From positions 4,912,558 to 4,976,557 of the forward strand of contig CM119267.1 of NCBI GenBank assembly GCA_051294375.1: a stretch of DNA of 64,000 nucleotides. The letters are read 5' to 3'. Source of the stretch: Paraspadella gotoi. Its lineage: Eukaryota; Animalia; Chaetognatha. The position numbers were made by a program, and so were the translations under genes. How positions within the stretch are numbered: position 1 is the first letter of the stretch; each line of letters begins with the position of its first letter. Positions 53,289 through 64,000 of this stretch are shown piece by piece. Below the pieces are notes generated by a model that saw nothing but the letters and a program-made list of their open reading frames with translations, did not search any database and was not told the DNA's origin.

Positions 53289-53927
53289 AATTCATGGATA
53301 ATGATCTCAGGCGGTATGGCGCGACGAAATGAGAACAGTTTATACAGAAAAGTCTTATGAAAAATTTAACTGTTTTTTATACTTTTTGTTGTTACTTTTT
53401 ATCTAAATTTTAAGATTCTCCGAATGATTCTGAATTGACGTGCCTGGTTTGACGGTGGTTTTGAAGCTAATATTCAGGCGAAAACGACGATGATAAACAA
53501 AGGATGAGAATACAACGGACGAAGACGAAGGACAGAGAGTCGTATTCTACTTGCTGAATTCACCCTCCTCGTTACTCGTTCCTTCTACCAAGCAATGACC
53601 GTCTGAATTTTGACATGCAAGGTTTAAAGAAATAACCAGATTATCGAGATATTTTGTATAGATTATTTAATAAAGCCTTAGGTAATTAGGAATGAAATGT
53701 CTTTGAAAATTCTGGGGAAAAAATAAAGAAAAATCTGAAAAAAAAATCTTAATTTAAAAAAAAGTTAAGAGATTCCGTAATCTTTTGTTTACTCGTGCCG
53801 CAAATAATTTGACCCCTTTTTATGCGTGAATCGCATTCCTTTCATTTCCTTTTCCTTCGTCCCTCTCCATCAGGGAATTCACTCTCTCTTCGCCTCTCTT
53901 TCTACTCTGCCTCTCTCTCTCTCTCTG

Positions 53928-53958
<31 letters not shown>

Positions 53959-53987
53959 TTCTCTCTTCTCTCATCGTCCGCTCTCTT

Positions 53988-54022
<35 letters not shown>

Positions 54023-54150
54023 TCTCTCTCCCCGGTGACGCGAGACGTTTCCATAGTGATTGCTCCGATGTGAGACGTTTCCGGTGAGGTTCCATTCAAG
54101 GCCGATCGGAGCTTTCTTCTATTTTTTCCCCCCTTCTTCCTTGCTTCGTC

Positions 54151-54196
<46 letters not shown>

Positions 54197-54439
54197 GAGA
54201 GAGGAGAGAGAGAGGAGCAGAGAGAGAGAGAGAAAGAGATATGGAGCTGCTCTGAAGGCATGCAAAGAAACACGGGCGTTGCCCCCTCCCCCCTCGCAAA
54301 AAAAAAGAAGATGTAGAATTTCCTTTTCGTAGAAAACATGAAATGGAAACAAAGATCAACGAATGAACATCAAGTATTCCGCGAAGGAGGAAAGAGAAAG
54401 GAAAGCTTTGAAACAAGCAGTGAACAAACTAGAGAAGCA

Positions 54440-54560
54440 ACCAAGCAAATAGCTGAGGAACGGAATGAACCAAGCAACGGTATGAACCAAGCAAATAGCT
54501 GAGGAACAGAATGAACCAAGCAACGGAATGAACCAAGCAAATAGCTGAGGAACGGAATGA
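54440..54560. repeat. ~46-bp minisatellite (AACCAAGCAAATAGCTGAGGAACGGAATGAACCAAGCAACGGAATG), about 2.6 units
   Basis: Visible tandem units with an internal sub-repeat. Confidence 0.9.
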
Positions 54561-54774
54561 AATGGTAAACGAAAAAAGAGAGGCAACGACCCTGGTCGGC
54601 AATAGAAACTGGCGTTCGCCGGTGAAGAAAACTGGAGGAAAGAAGGCAGGTTGTGAATATGATTATATGTGAAATCTATATTAAAAATGTGAAACCTTAA
54701 GAGGAGGGATTATTTGGTGAATGGCGATTCAAGGATGACGGAATGTCATGGAGTGTGGGGGTTGCCATGGCATG

Positions 54775-55156
54775 CCATTCGGGTCTTGCGTTTCACGACG
54801 TGAAAGATTCCGACCATAAAATTCTCGCCACTGGCGTTAGTCATGATAACACAGAAACGCGGCTTCGAGGATGTGAAGCTCCCCGGATGTAAATAGATCC
54901 GAGAATGGGAGGAGATAAGATGAGACTGAAAGGATAGGATAGTTAGAGATGGGATAGAAAGAAGGAAACAGCGAGAGATGTGATAGAAAGAGCAAACATG
55001 GAAACGGAAAACTATTTGCTTGTGTGTGAAGCTGACAGGTGGAAAAGAGTCTGGTAGAGAAGCGGCTTTGCTCGAAGGAGCCAAAAAAAATGTCCCGTTC
55101 GTATGCGCGTCGCGAAATATATGCCAATTTATGCAGCAGAACATAGTATGCATGTG
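54775..55156 (+). pseudogene. Frameshifted segment resembling the Caspr/neurexin IV fibrinogen-like domain
   Basis: One frame reads ILATGVSHDNTETRLRGCEAP and continues GC after a 1-nt shift. Downstream are SYARREIY and a C-x-Q-N-I-x-Y-A-C-like string that needs indels. Confidence 0.3.
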
Positions 55157-55206
55157 CTGAGGGAAAACGAAGCCAAAACAGTGAGAGAGAGAGAAGAGAG
55201 AGAAAT

Positions 55207-55245
<39 letters not shown>

Positions 55246-55335
55246 AGAGATAGAGAGACGAGAGAGAGACGCAGAGAGAGAGAGAAACATTTAAGAAGGA
55301 CAAGAAAATTGACTAAAAGAAACATAAAAAAATAC

Positions 55336-55703
55336 AAGAATGGTGATTCCAATACGTTGCGCCGAGTGACTTTATTTTCATGAGCTTTCCCTTTATTACA
55401 TTATATGACATTGATATGACATAACTAAAAAAAATTTTCTTTAGCCCTTGTATTTATGGAACAATCACTGCATCGAAATTCCGTTTAATCTTTATAGTAT
55501 ATAGGATTTCCTGAAGGCAGCGCTAGCAGTCCCTTTAAAATTGAGTTTTTTTTCTTGTCTTAACAAATGAGCAACCAACTATAGGTGAAATTATAAATAT
55601 ATTTTAACGGAAAGTGGACGACCGACGGACAGACATTAACGACCAACAGACATACAGACCGACAGACCGACCGAAAAGTGACTTTTAGAGTTGCTCCTAA
55701 AAA
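55336..55703 (-). mobile_element. HINE/DINE-1-like element, inverted copy
   Basis: Reverse-complement homologue of 46564-46930, including the GACC/GACA microsatellite and the AAGTGAC...GAGTTGCTCC...CTAAAAA end. Confidence 0.65.
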
Positions 55704-55778
55704 CATGAAAGTGAATTAGTAACAAAGTATTTATGACCTATAATCTGTCTTTCAAAAGAAGGGAATCTAACCTATTTA

Positions 55779-57819
55779 TACGGCGTTGGCTGTGGCTATT
55801 CCTTCCCACACGGGATTCCTCCCCAAACTGGCTTCCTCCACACGCGGATTCCTCCCACGCGGCGATCCTCCCCATGGGATTCTCCCACACGGGAATTCCT
55901 CCCACACGGGCATCCTCCCCGCGCCGGATTCCTTCCCACACGGAATTCCTTCCCCAAGGGAATTCCTCCACACGGATTCCCCCCATGAATTCCTTCCCAT
56001 TAGAATTACCTCCCACACGGATTCCTCCCACACGGGATTCCTCCCAAAGAATTCCTTCCCAACGCGGGATCCTCCCAACACGGTATTCCTCCCACGCGGG
56101 ATTCCTCCCACACGGGATTTCCTCCCACGCGGGATTCCTCCCACACGGGATTCCTCCCACGCAGCGATGTTCCCTCCCACTCGGGATTTCTCCCACGCGG
56201 GATCCTCCCACACGGGATTCCTCCCAACGCGGATTCCTCCCAACGGAATTCCTCCCACACGGGATTCCTCCCACGCGGGATTCCTCCCACACGGGATTCC
56301 TCCCACGCGGGATTCCTCCCACACGGATTTCCTCCCACGCCGGATTCTCCCACACGGATCAACATACCACGCGGCGATTCCTCCACACTTGATCCTCCAC
56401 GCGGATTCTCCCACACGGCGATTCCTCCCACACGGGATCCTCCCACACAGGATTCCTCCCATGCGGGATTTCCTCCCACACGGGATCCTCCACCACTGAT
56501 TTCCTCCCACACTGATTTCCTCCCACAGGTATTCCTCCCACACGGGATTGCCTCCGCAACACCGGATTCCTCCCACAACGGGATCCTTCCACTTAATTGT
56601 TGATTAACTTCCTTGTTGCATGTATCTTGTTTTCAGAAAAAAAATTGGATTCATTAAAATAAAATTTTGTGTGTGGGTAGGAAAGTATTCATGTGATAAA
56701 GCTGAATATACATTTTTGATTGTAATTTGTAGTTGTGAAAAGAGTTCAAATTTAGAAACCAAAAGAACATTATTTGAATTTTTAAAGTTTCTCTCTCTCT
56801 ATCTCTCTTCTGCATTGATTTTGATTGATTGACCAAATTATCCAATTGACAAAAATATGGGCCAGTTGACCAAATTCTGCAGCTTTAAGCCAAATTATGC
56901 CAGTTGACCAAATTTATGGGCCTGTTGACCAAATTATGCCAGTTTACCCAAATTTGTCAGTTGACCCAAGTATGCTCAGTTGACCAAAATATGCAAGTTG
57001 AATAAATTATGCAAGTTGACCAAGTTAGCTTATTACCACTTAATTATCGTAGGGCAGATCCGACATCTGTTTGCTCAAACTTTTTTTTATTGGGACGTGG
57101 GAGAAATCCCACGTGGAGAATCCGTCGTGAGAGGAAATCCCGCGGGAGGCAATCCCTGTGGAGGCAATACCGCGTGGAGGAATCCCGTGTGAGCAGGAAT
57201 CCCGGGAACGTGTGGAGAATACCCGGGATGGCCGCTGAGGAATTCCGTGTGGAGGAATCCCGCATGGGAGAATCCCGCATAGAGGAATCCCGCGTGGGAG
57301 GAATCCGATGTGGAGGAATCCCGCCGTGTGGGAGGATCCCGTGGGAGGAATCCCGGTGGAGGAATCCCGTGTGGAGGAATCCCGCGTGGGAGGAATCCAG
57401 GTTGGGAGAATCCCGCGTGGGAGAATCCCGCATTGGGAATGAATCCCGCGTGGGAGGAATTCCGTGTGGGAGGAATCTCGTCGTGGGAGGAATCTCGTGT
57501 GGGAGGGAATCCCGTGTGGGAGGATCCCGCATGGGAGGAATCCCGTGTGGGAGGAATCCGCGTGGGAGGAATCCCGCGTGGGAGGAATCCCGCTTGGGAG
57601 GAATTCCATGGGAGGAATTCTGTGGGGAGGAAACCCGTGTGGGAGGATCCCGCGCGGAGGATTCCTTTTGGAGGAATCCCGTGTGGAGGAATTCCTTTGG
57701 GAGGAATCCGTGTGGAGCAATTCCATTGGGAGGAATCCTTGGGGAGGAATCCCGTGTGGAGGAAACCCTTGTGGAGGAATCCGCGGGGAGGAATCCTGTT
57801 GGAGGAATCCAAATGGAAC
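55779..57819. mobile_element. Foldback-like element: inverted arms of 16-bp tandem repeats around an AT-rich core
   Basis: Left arm (CACGGGATTCCTCCCA)n at ~55795-56590 and right arm (TGGGAGGAATCCCGTG)n at ~57097-57812. CCTATTTA flanks both sides (55771-55778 and 57820-57827). Confidence 0.75.
56829..57025. repeat. 18-bp minisatellite (TTGACCAAATTATGC[A/C]AG), about 11 units, inside the foldback core
   Basis: Degenerate tandem units. Confidence 0.88.
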
Positions 57820-59102
57820 CCTATTTACTTATTTGTAATTTTTCAGGTTGGCCTCTTTTTTTTTGCACGGGACTGTATTGAAGAGAATAATATATATAAT
57901 ATAATATAATAATAATATAATAATATATATATAAGCTCAGGGCAAGATAGCTATTTATTAATGAATGGATATAATTTTTTATTTGGTTGTACCAATTTCA
58001 TAAAATTCAGCTCCTTGTATTTTGATGCTAGTGCGGAAGTATAACATAGAGTATTCCCCGATCTAATACTTAGGAGTGTTCTTTTCATACAATTGAAACA
58101 TTCTTTTGAAATATTATACCACTTCATTGATAGGCGAAAGCAGGTACTCTGGGAGTGAATAAACGACTTGGAGGAAGTCTTAATTGAAACTTGCAGGACC
58201 TGCTATGTCATTATCTTGTAAGAGTGATGGAGGCCTTTAAAACCACCAAAGCCTGTCCAAAGTCAGCGGGCCAAGATACTTATTTATTAAATTAATGGAT
58301 ATATTATTATATTGTGTGTGACTACCAATCATATAAAGGCTATTAAAGAAACTAAAAAAAACGATTGCGGACCAAAATATAAAGAGAGCATAAAGAAAAT
58401 ACTGAGTGGAAGGCCGCCATCTGACTTTTTTTTTCGCTTTCTAAATATAAATTTTGCGATCAACTTCCTTTGCCCGTCCCGCCTTCTCTATATTCTCCTG
58501 TCTCTTTCTCTTTCTCTCTCTCTTCTCTCTTTCTCTGCTTTCTCTCTGTTCTCTCTTTCTCTCTTTCTCTCTTTTCTCTCTCTCTCTCTCTCTCCTTTCT
58601 CCGTCTCAGCGCTAAAAAAGAATTATATTAACTTAGAGAACTACTTGATGAGTGAAGAAGGGAGAGAAGCAGGGCTTGGGAAGGTTGGTTGGGGTAAGGT
58701 GCTTCAGAAAGGTGGGTAGGTAGATGGGCGATGGTGAGAAAAGACTTTTTCCTTTTTCCCTCTTAAAATCGAATTACTAAGTTATTTTTTTCTCAATTTT
58801 TTTTTCTCTGCCTCAGACCTTTCCATGTTTCAACTGAGGCTTCTCAGCCTTTGACAACTGACGCTTCTGCTTTAGAGCAGAGAGAGTGGGAGAGAGAGTG
58901 GCTGAAGAGGAGAGAGAGAGAGAGTGAGAGAGAGAGAGTGAGAGAGAGAGAGAGAGAAAAATATCGGCCATAAACAAATTTGCCTGTTTCAGTTAGGTGA
59001 TACAGAATTAATAAGAGATTCAATTGTTACAGCGCGAAAATCGCTGACAACCGACGTGGGGAAAACGACTTTATCCTTTGAGTTTGGACCCACCTATAAA
59101 AA

Positions 59103-59133
<31 letters not shown>

Positions 59134-59134
59134 A

Positions 59135-59172
<38 letters not shown>

Positions 59173-60117
59173 TCTCTCCTTCTCTCTCTCTCTCCGTCAC
59201 CACTCGGGATGATCACGTTTCTTTCCCGCTCTGTCGGTGTCGGTGAGTTTCACTCTCATTCATTCTCGCCATCGCGTTTTTTCTTCTCGTCCCGGATTCG
59301 CACCATAGCCACCATTGAGATTGTATAGCCCTCGTGGCCCGCTGCCAACCCAAGGGCGGACGCTTTTTGCTGGAACTCATTAAAAAGTTTGTCAGAGATG
59401 CGAGTAAATTGTGATGAAGTCTAGTTTTAATTTAAAACTTTTACTTCACTTATTATAAGTTTTCGATCGTTGCTATGAAACTTTGGTTCAAAAGGGACAC
59501 AGTTCGATCTTTCGACTTCACGATCCCATAAATTTCACATTCACCTTTCCGAAACTCAACACTGTTTCACGTTTCTTGTAAACTCCAAGGACTCTTTGTT
59601 CACATCTCCACATAATTTCCGCATTCACAATTTCTTTCCTGTCTCACAATCTATTCCCTTTTTTCCCAATTTCCATTTCGGGTCTCTTACCTCCCGACGT
59701 AAAGTCGCCCAAAACGAATTTAAGCTCTCTAGGCCCTTCCTGACCTAAGATGATGCGTAACATCATCGCTGGGGTGCGACCAAAACACACTGCAATCATA
59801 TGGCCGCGTACACCCCGAGACTGCGGGCGCCAACATTCCACGGTGAGTCTCGTCTACGGCTGAACACAGTCTCTGGAAACCCCCATTGCCAAATTGCCAT
59901 CCGCCATTTGCCATTGCCATTTGCCCTTCCCATTCCCATTGCCCTCCCCAAAAATAAAAAAAGAGACACATTAAACAAAACTTTGTGTCTTCCGGAGATT
60001 TATTTCGTTTCATTCAATCCGTGAAGTGATATGAGTGCCACCGAGGCTGCGCGCCGGCGCAGCGCCGGATGCAGGTGCGGCGCGGCGCAGCAATCTCGCC
60101 AAACGGTTGTTCTCCAG

Positions 60118-60213
60118 GTGTTGACAAGAAGCGACTGTATTAGTGTAGCCTCTACCTTTGAGTGGCATCGTTTGTACGTCTGCTTGGAGGGGAAATCTAG
60201 TTGTCTCAAGTTC
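60118..60213 (+). CDS. Candidate 96-nt exon, LamG/TSPN-like (VLTRSDCISVASTFEWHRLYVCLEGKSSCLKF)
   Basis: Acceptor TTGTTCTCCAG, an open phase-0 frame and a weak donor GTAAAG. WHRLxVxLEGKS resembles the LamG/TSPN WHR strand. Confidence 0.3.
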
Positions 60214-61364
60214 GTAAAGTTTATGACAAATTAGTGTTGGAGTTCTCAAATTTAGCAAAAGTAGTATTTAAAGTAATTTTGTATCAAGTATAGAGTAAGT
60301 TCATTTAAGAAAAACGGCAATTCTCACCTGCTTTAATAAATTGTGAAAGTCTAATCCTATAGAAAAAATAGAATTAATTCTATTTAGCGAGAAAAATGTT
60401 GAAGTTTCGGAAATTTTAAAATTTTTTGATTAAGGAAATAAAAAGTTCCGCCGTCTGCTTTTATTTTAATTAAGGTTCGGATAAATAATCTTAATCCGAG
60501 GATTTAATAAACGTTTCCCCCCCGAATTTTACTGTCATTTAAATTTGATGATAAAGATGAACGATCAAGTTTTGTTCATGGCATAAAAATATGACGATTT
60601 AAAAAAAAAAAAAAATGTTTTCTGCTTTAAACTTACAAAACTACTTTACATATTTAAACTTACACTTAGTTCAATTATTAAAGAATTCTTCGGCGCTCGC
60701 TCGAGGACTTAAAAAATTTCGCTTATGTCAACGACCCAAGACCACCGTCAGTGCGAGAAGCTATTAATTTGCCGAATAGGATAATCCTTCATTATAAACT
60801 ATATAGTCGTTTTTTAACTTAACTTCTCGGCCCAGCTGCAATGGTATGCCGAATAACTAGAATACCATGAGAAAATGTAACTAAAGGAAAACAGATGTAT
60901 TATGCTTCCTGAGCGGGGAATAATTAATTTAACTTGGAAACCGCCAAAAACAAAACAAAAAAAATTTCCCGCCTCGCTCATTGGTCCGAGATAATTAAGA
61001 CTAAACCATAGGGCAAACGAGGATGCGAAAAATGACGAAGATGAAGGACGACGACGACTGACAGCGACGACTGACGACAGCGCACGACGTTACGATAACT
61101 ATCTCTGCCATCATCGGCCACGTGAGGAAAGGAGGAATAAATCATGGAAAGTCGAAAACCTGATTTTTTCTTTCATTTTTTATTTTTATTCTTCTTCCGC
61201 TTTTTTTTTGCTTTTCCCTCATTGTCTTCTTTCTTGTTACTTCTACTTTCTTAGCCTACTATCACTTATTCTCTGCTTTTCACCTCTTATGTTTTCTTTC
61301 CTCTGTTTTAATTAAATTTCTTACAATTCGTTATTTTCTAACACTCATAGTTTCTTCTTATCTT

Positions 61365-61852
61365 CTTTTTTTCTTGCTTCTTTATAAACTTTTTTCTCTA
61401 ATTTCCGTTCTTCTTCTTCTCTTCCTCTTGCCATTTTTCCGTGTTCCTGCTTCTCAAATTTTCCATTTTTTCTCCTCTCTAACTTCTCTTTTTCATCAAA
61501 CATTCTCTGTTCATATCTTCTTTTTCCTCTGTTCTTCCTTTCCCCGTTCTCCCACTTTCCTCTTCCTCCCTCTCTCCTCTTCCTCACTTCCTCCTTCTCT
61601 CCTGTTGCCTCCCTCTTTCCTCTTACTCACTTCCTCCCGTCTTCATCTTCTCCCACTTCCTCTTCTCCTCTTTCCTCTTCCCACTTCCTCCCTCTCCTCC
61701 TTCCTCACTTCCTCCCTCTCCTCTTCCTCCCACTTTCCTCTCCTCCCTTTTCCTCTTCCTCACTTCCTCCCTCTCCTCTTCTTTAAAAACCTTTTTCCTT
61801 CCCCTCTTTTTTTAATCTTCCTCCCACTTTCCGTCTTCCTCCCTCTCCCTCT
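61365..61852. repeat. Polypyrimidine low-complexity tract
   Basis: About 490 bp strongly dominated by C/T, with CTTCCTC/CACTTCCTCC sub-repeats. Confidence 0.9.
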
Positions 61853-62455
61853 CGAAATGACGAATGCTCGTGGCAAGATTATAAAACCTCGCCCATCTTT
61901 GACACAGGATTACGAGAGTCACTCGGTTCCCATAACCCTGTCGTCTTATCTCCCCTTTGCACGCGAAACAAAAACTCGTCGCGCGTTCCCAAACCGAGGA
62001 AAAAGCAAACGACGCCGGAATAGTAAGTAGTACGCGCGTAATAACGCGCGGAAACACGGCTGCATTGCAAATACATGTCAACAAAGACACGATAGCCTTC
62101 ATTTAAGCACTAGTAGCCAACGTAGACTTGCCCTCACCGTATGTCTCAAAGCTTATTACCCTTTTTTAGCAAAGTGATTCTTGTAATAAAAACCGAGCAG
62201 AATCACCACCTAGAACATCAGCAGACCTGATGTTTCACGTTTTTTCCTCAATTCGCTCGTGTCGATTGCCGTGCGCCGGAACTGCGTTGCCGCCGAAAAA
62301 TGCGCGCGGGCCAGACGCTCGTTCACGGCACGCCCTCTTTCGCGGCGCCTCAGAATTCGCCAACTCTTCGTCTCCTCTCGAAACGCCCTCGACGTCGAAT
62401 CGCCGTTCGTCTTCGTTCCGGTTCGTTTTAGTCGTCGGCTTCGTCGTCGTCGTTT

Positions 62456-62487
<32 letters not shown>

Positions 62488-63145
62488 TGTTTTTCTTCAA
62501 TTCCGTTTCACATGGCTTTTTAAGTTTTAACCAGTTTCGAAGCAATTGTAGCGTTTGCTTATGACTTTAGTAATTTTTGGCGATTTGATAATTACGAGCG
62601 ATAATTTTTATGACTAATAATTATTTACGATGTTTTTTTTATTGGTCACATCTTAATGTACTCAGTTCTCCCTGAAGCGATTTAAAGTATTTCACGTCGA
62701 AAAGTCAATGATAATGATACTCAGCAAACAAGAGCGCCAGTACGACCGCGAAAATGATTAGATTAGAAATCATTACTTAATGATTAGAAATGATTACTTT
62801 CATTGATATATCGATAGTTGATAAAAAAAAACAAACGATAAGCAAGTCAAGTCAAGCTACAGGCTGACGATCGGATGCTAGAAAGAAAGCCGTCTCAATC
62901 TTTAACAAAACAATTAAAAAAATACGAACTGACACGACGACAAAAAAACTACATCCTTGTAACTTACATCGGCGCATTCTATCGTTAAAGAGAGAAAAAA
63001 AACATCAGTTTTTTTTTTAATAATTTATCTCCCAATTTCAAGGGGGGCGAGAGCAGAGCACAGAGAGAGAGATGAGAGACGAGAGGAAGAGAGAGAGAGT
63101 GAAGAGAGGAGACGAGAGAGGGAAGAGAGAGAGAGACGAGAGAGA

Positions 63146-63183
<38 letters not shown>

Positions 63184-64000
63184 GAGAGTTAATCGAGAGA
63201 TTTGAATATTTTTTTCCCCTATTTTTTTTTTCCTCTTTTTTTTTCTTCATTTTTTTTCAAACTTTCTCCACAATTCGCGACGTATGGAAGACATTAATCA
63301 CGGATAAAGTCGCCAGGCACCCTACTGGAGTTCGGGCGCCGTGTGGCGCTGCTGGATCTGCAACAGTCGCTGCCAGCACGCTGCGGAGATTACTGTCGAC
63401 CCGGCTGTCGCAGCGTTTTGATGAGGAGCTGCGGATGGAATTTTTTTTTCTACTTAATATAGATCTTATGAATTTTCCTTCGCTTCTCGAAGTTCTTTTT
63501 CTTTCCTCTAGAAATCATTAAACCTTCTCGAGTTTTAAAATGAACAAGTTTTTTCTATGGAATCGGTGCAGATTTATTAAACGGAGAAATTGCCTAACAA
63601 AAAATTGTTCATTGTTTCTCTTTTTAATTTATCGGCTGCACTAAACTTCTCTTTTTAAATGTATCCTATTCAAAAAGACTCTTTATACCTCTGGGTGCCA
63701 ACTCTGACGGAAACCAAATAATAAGCTTAGCACAAGCTCCTGAATACTAGCTAAAAATAAGCAAATTTTTCTGACAGATTGCAAAAAAAATAGCTAGAAT
63801 TTTTATCGGCTTACCTTGTATATTTAACATGAGAAATTATCGTCTATAGAGCAAAATAGCATTTGATTTTGTTTACTTTTTAATCTATGAAAGTAACACA
63901 GAAACACAAATATAAAGCAGTTATTCACATTCAATGCATGCAAGTTTAAAAAAAAGTAAGAATATTGTCACAGTGAGTTTGCATAACGAGACGCCGTTCT

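Noticed and set aside
53478-53600. Cadherin-like DEDEGQRVVFYLL
   Set aside because: It is a single short acidic motif bounded by stops, with no other cadherin motifs.
54809-54817. SDH as the APE-endonuclease motif of a LINE
   Set aside because: No other APE or RT motifs are nearby, and a tripeptide alone is uninformative.
55733-57909. 200-290-aa ORFs in several frames on both strands (GIPPTRDSSH repeats)
   Set aside because: They are translations of a 16-bp repeat that lacks stop codons. The period is not a multiple of three and many frames are open.

Overview
This is eukaryotic, probably invertebrate animal, genomic DNA from a gappy and error-prone draft assembly. It is mostly intronic or intergenic and very rich in (CT/AG)n, (GTC)n, (TTTC)n and (AAT)n microsatellites, with many N gaps. 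I could not support any complete gene, rRNA, bona fide tRNA, operon or CRISPR array, and nearly all supplied ORFs are read-throughs of N runs or low-complexity repeats. Three long tandem duplications (about 0.6, 6 and 2.2 kb) each straddle a gap of exactly 25 N and look like gap-filling artefacts. The best-supported signals are: (i) a Penelope-type minimal hammerhead ribozyme at 44614-44669; (ii) a ~2-kb foldback-like element built from two inverted arrays of a 16-bp repeat (55779-57819); (iii) a MITE family with telomere-like interiors, a HINE/DINE-1-like family, tRNA-derived SINE heads and a hairpin-rich solo-LTR-like repeat; (iv) a signal-peptide-type first exon (2154-2298, +). Several weaker, frameshifted candidate exons resemble extracellular domains (FN3, SRCR/LamG, VWA, Caspr-type fibrinogen-like). 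There is also a near-consensus CTCF site and a 4x GTCACGTGAC cluster. All protein-domain calls are motif matches made by eye and need homology searches.
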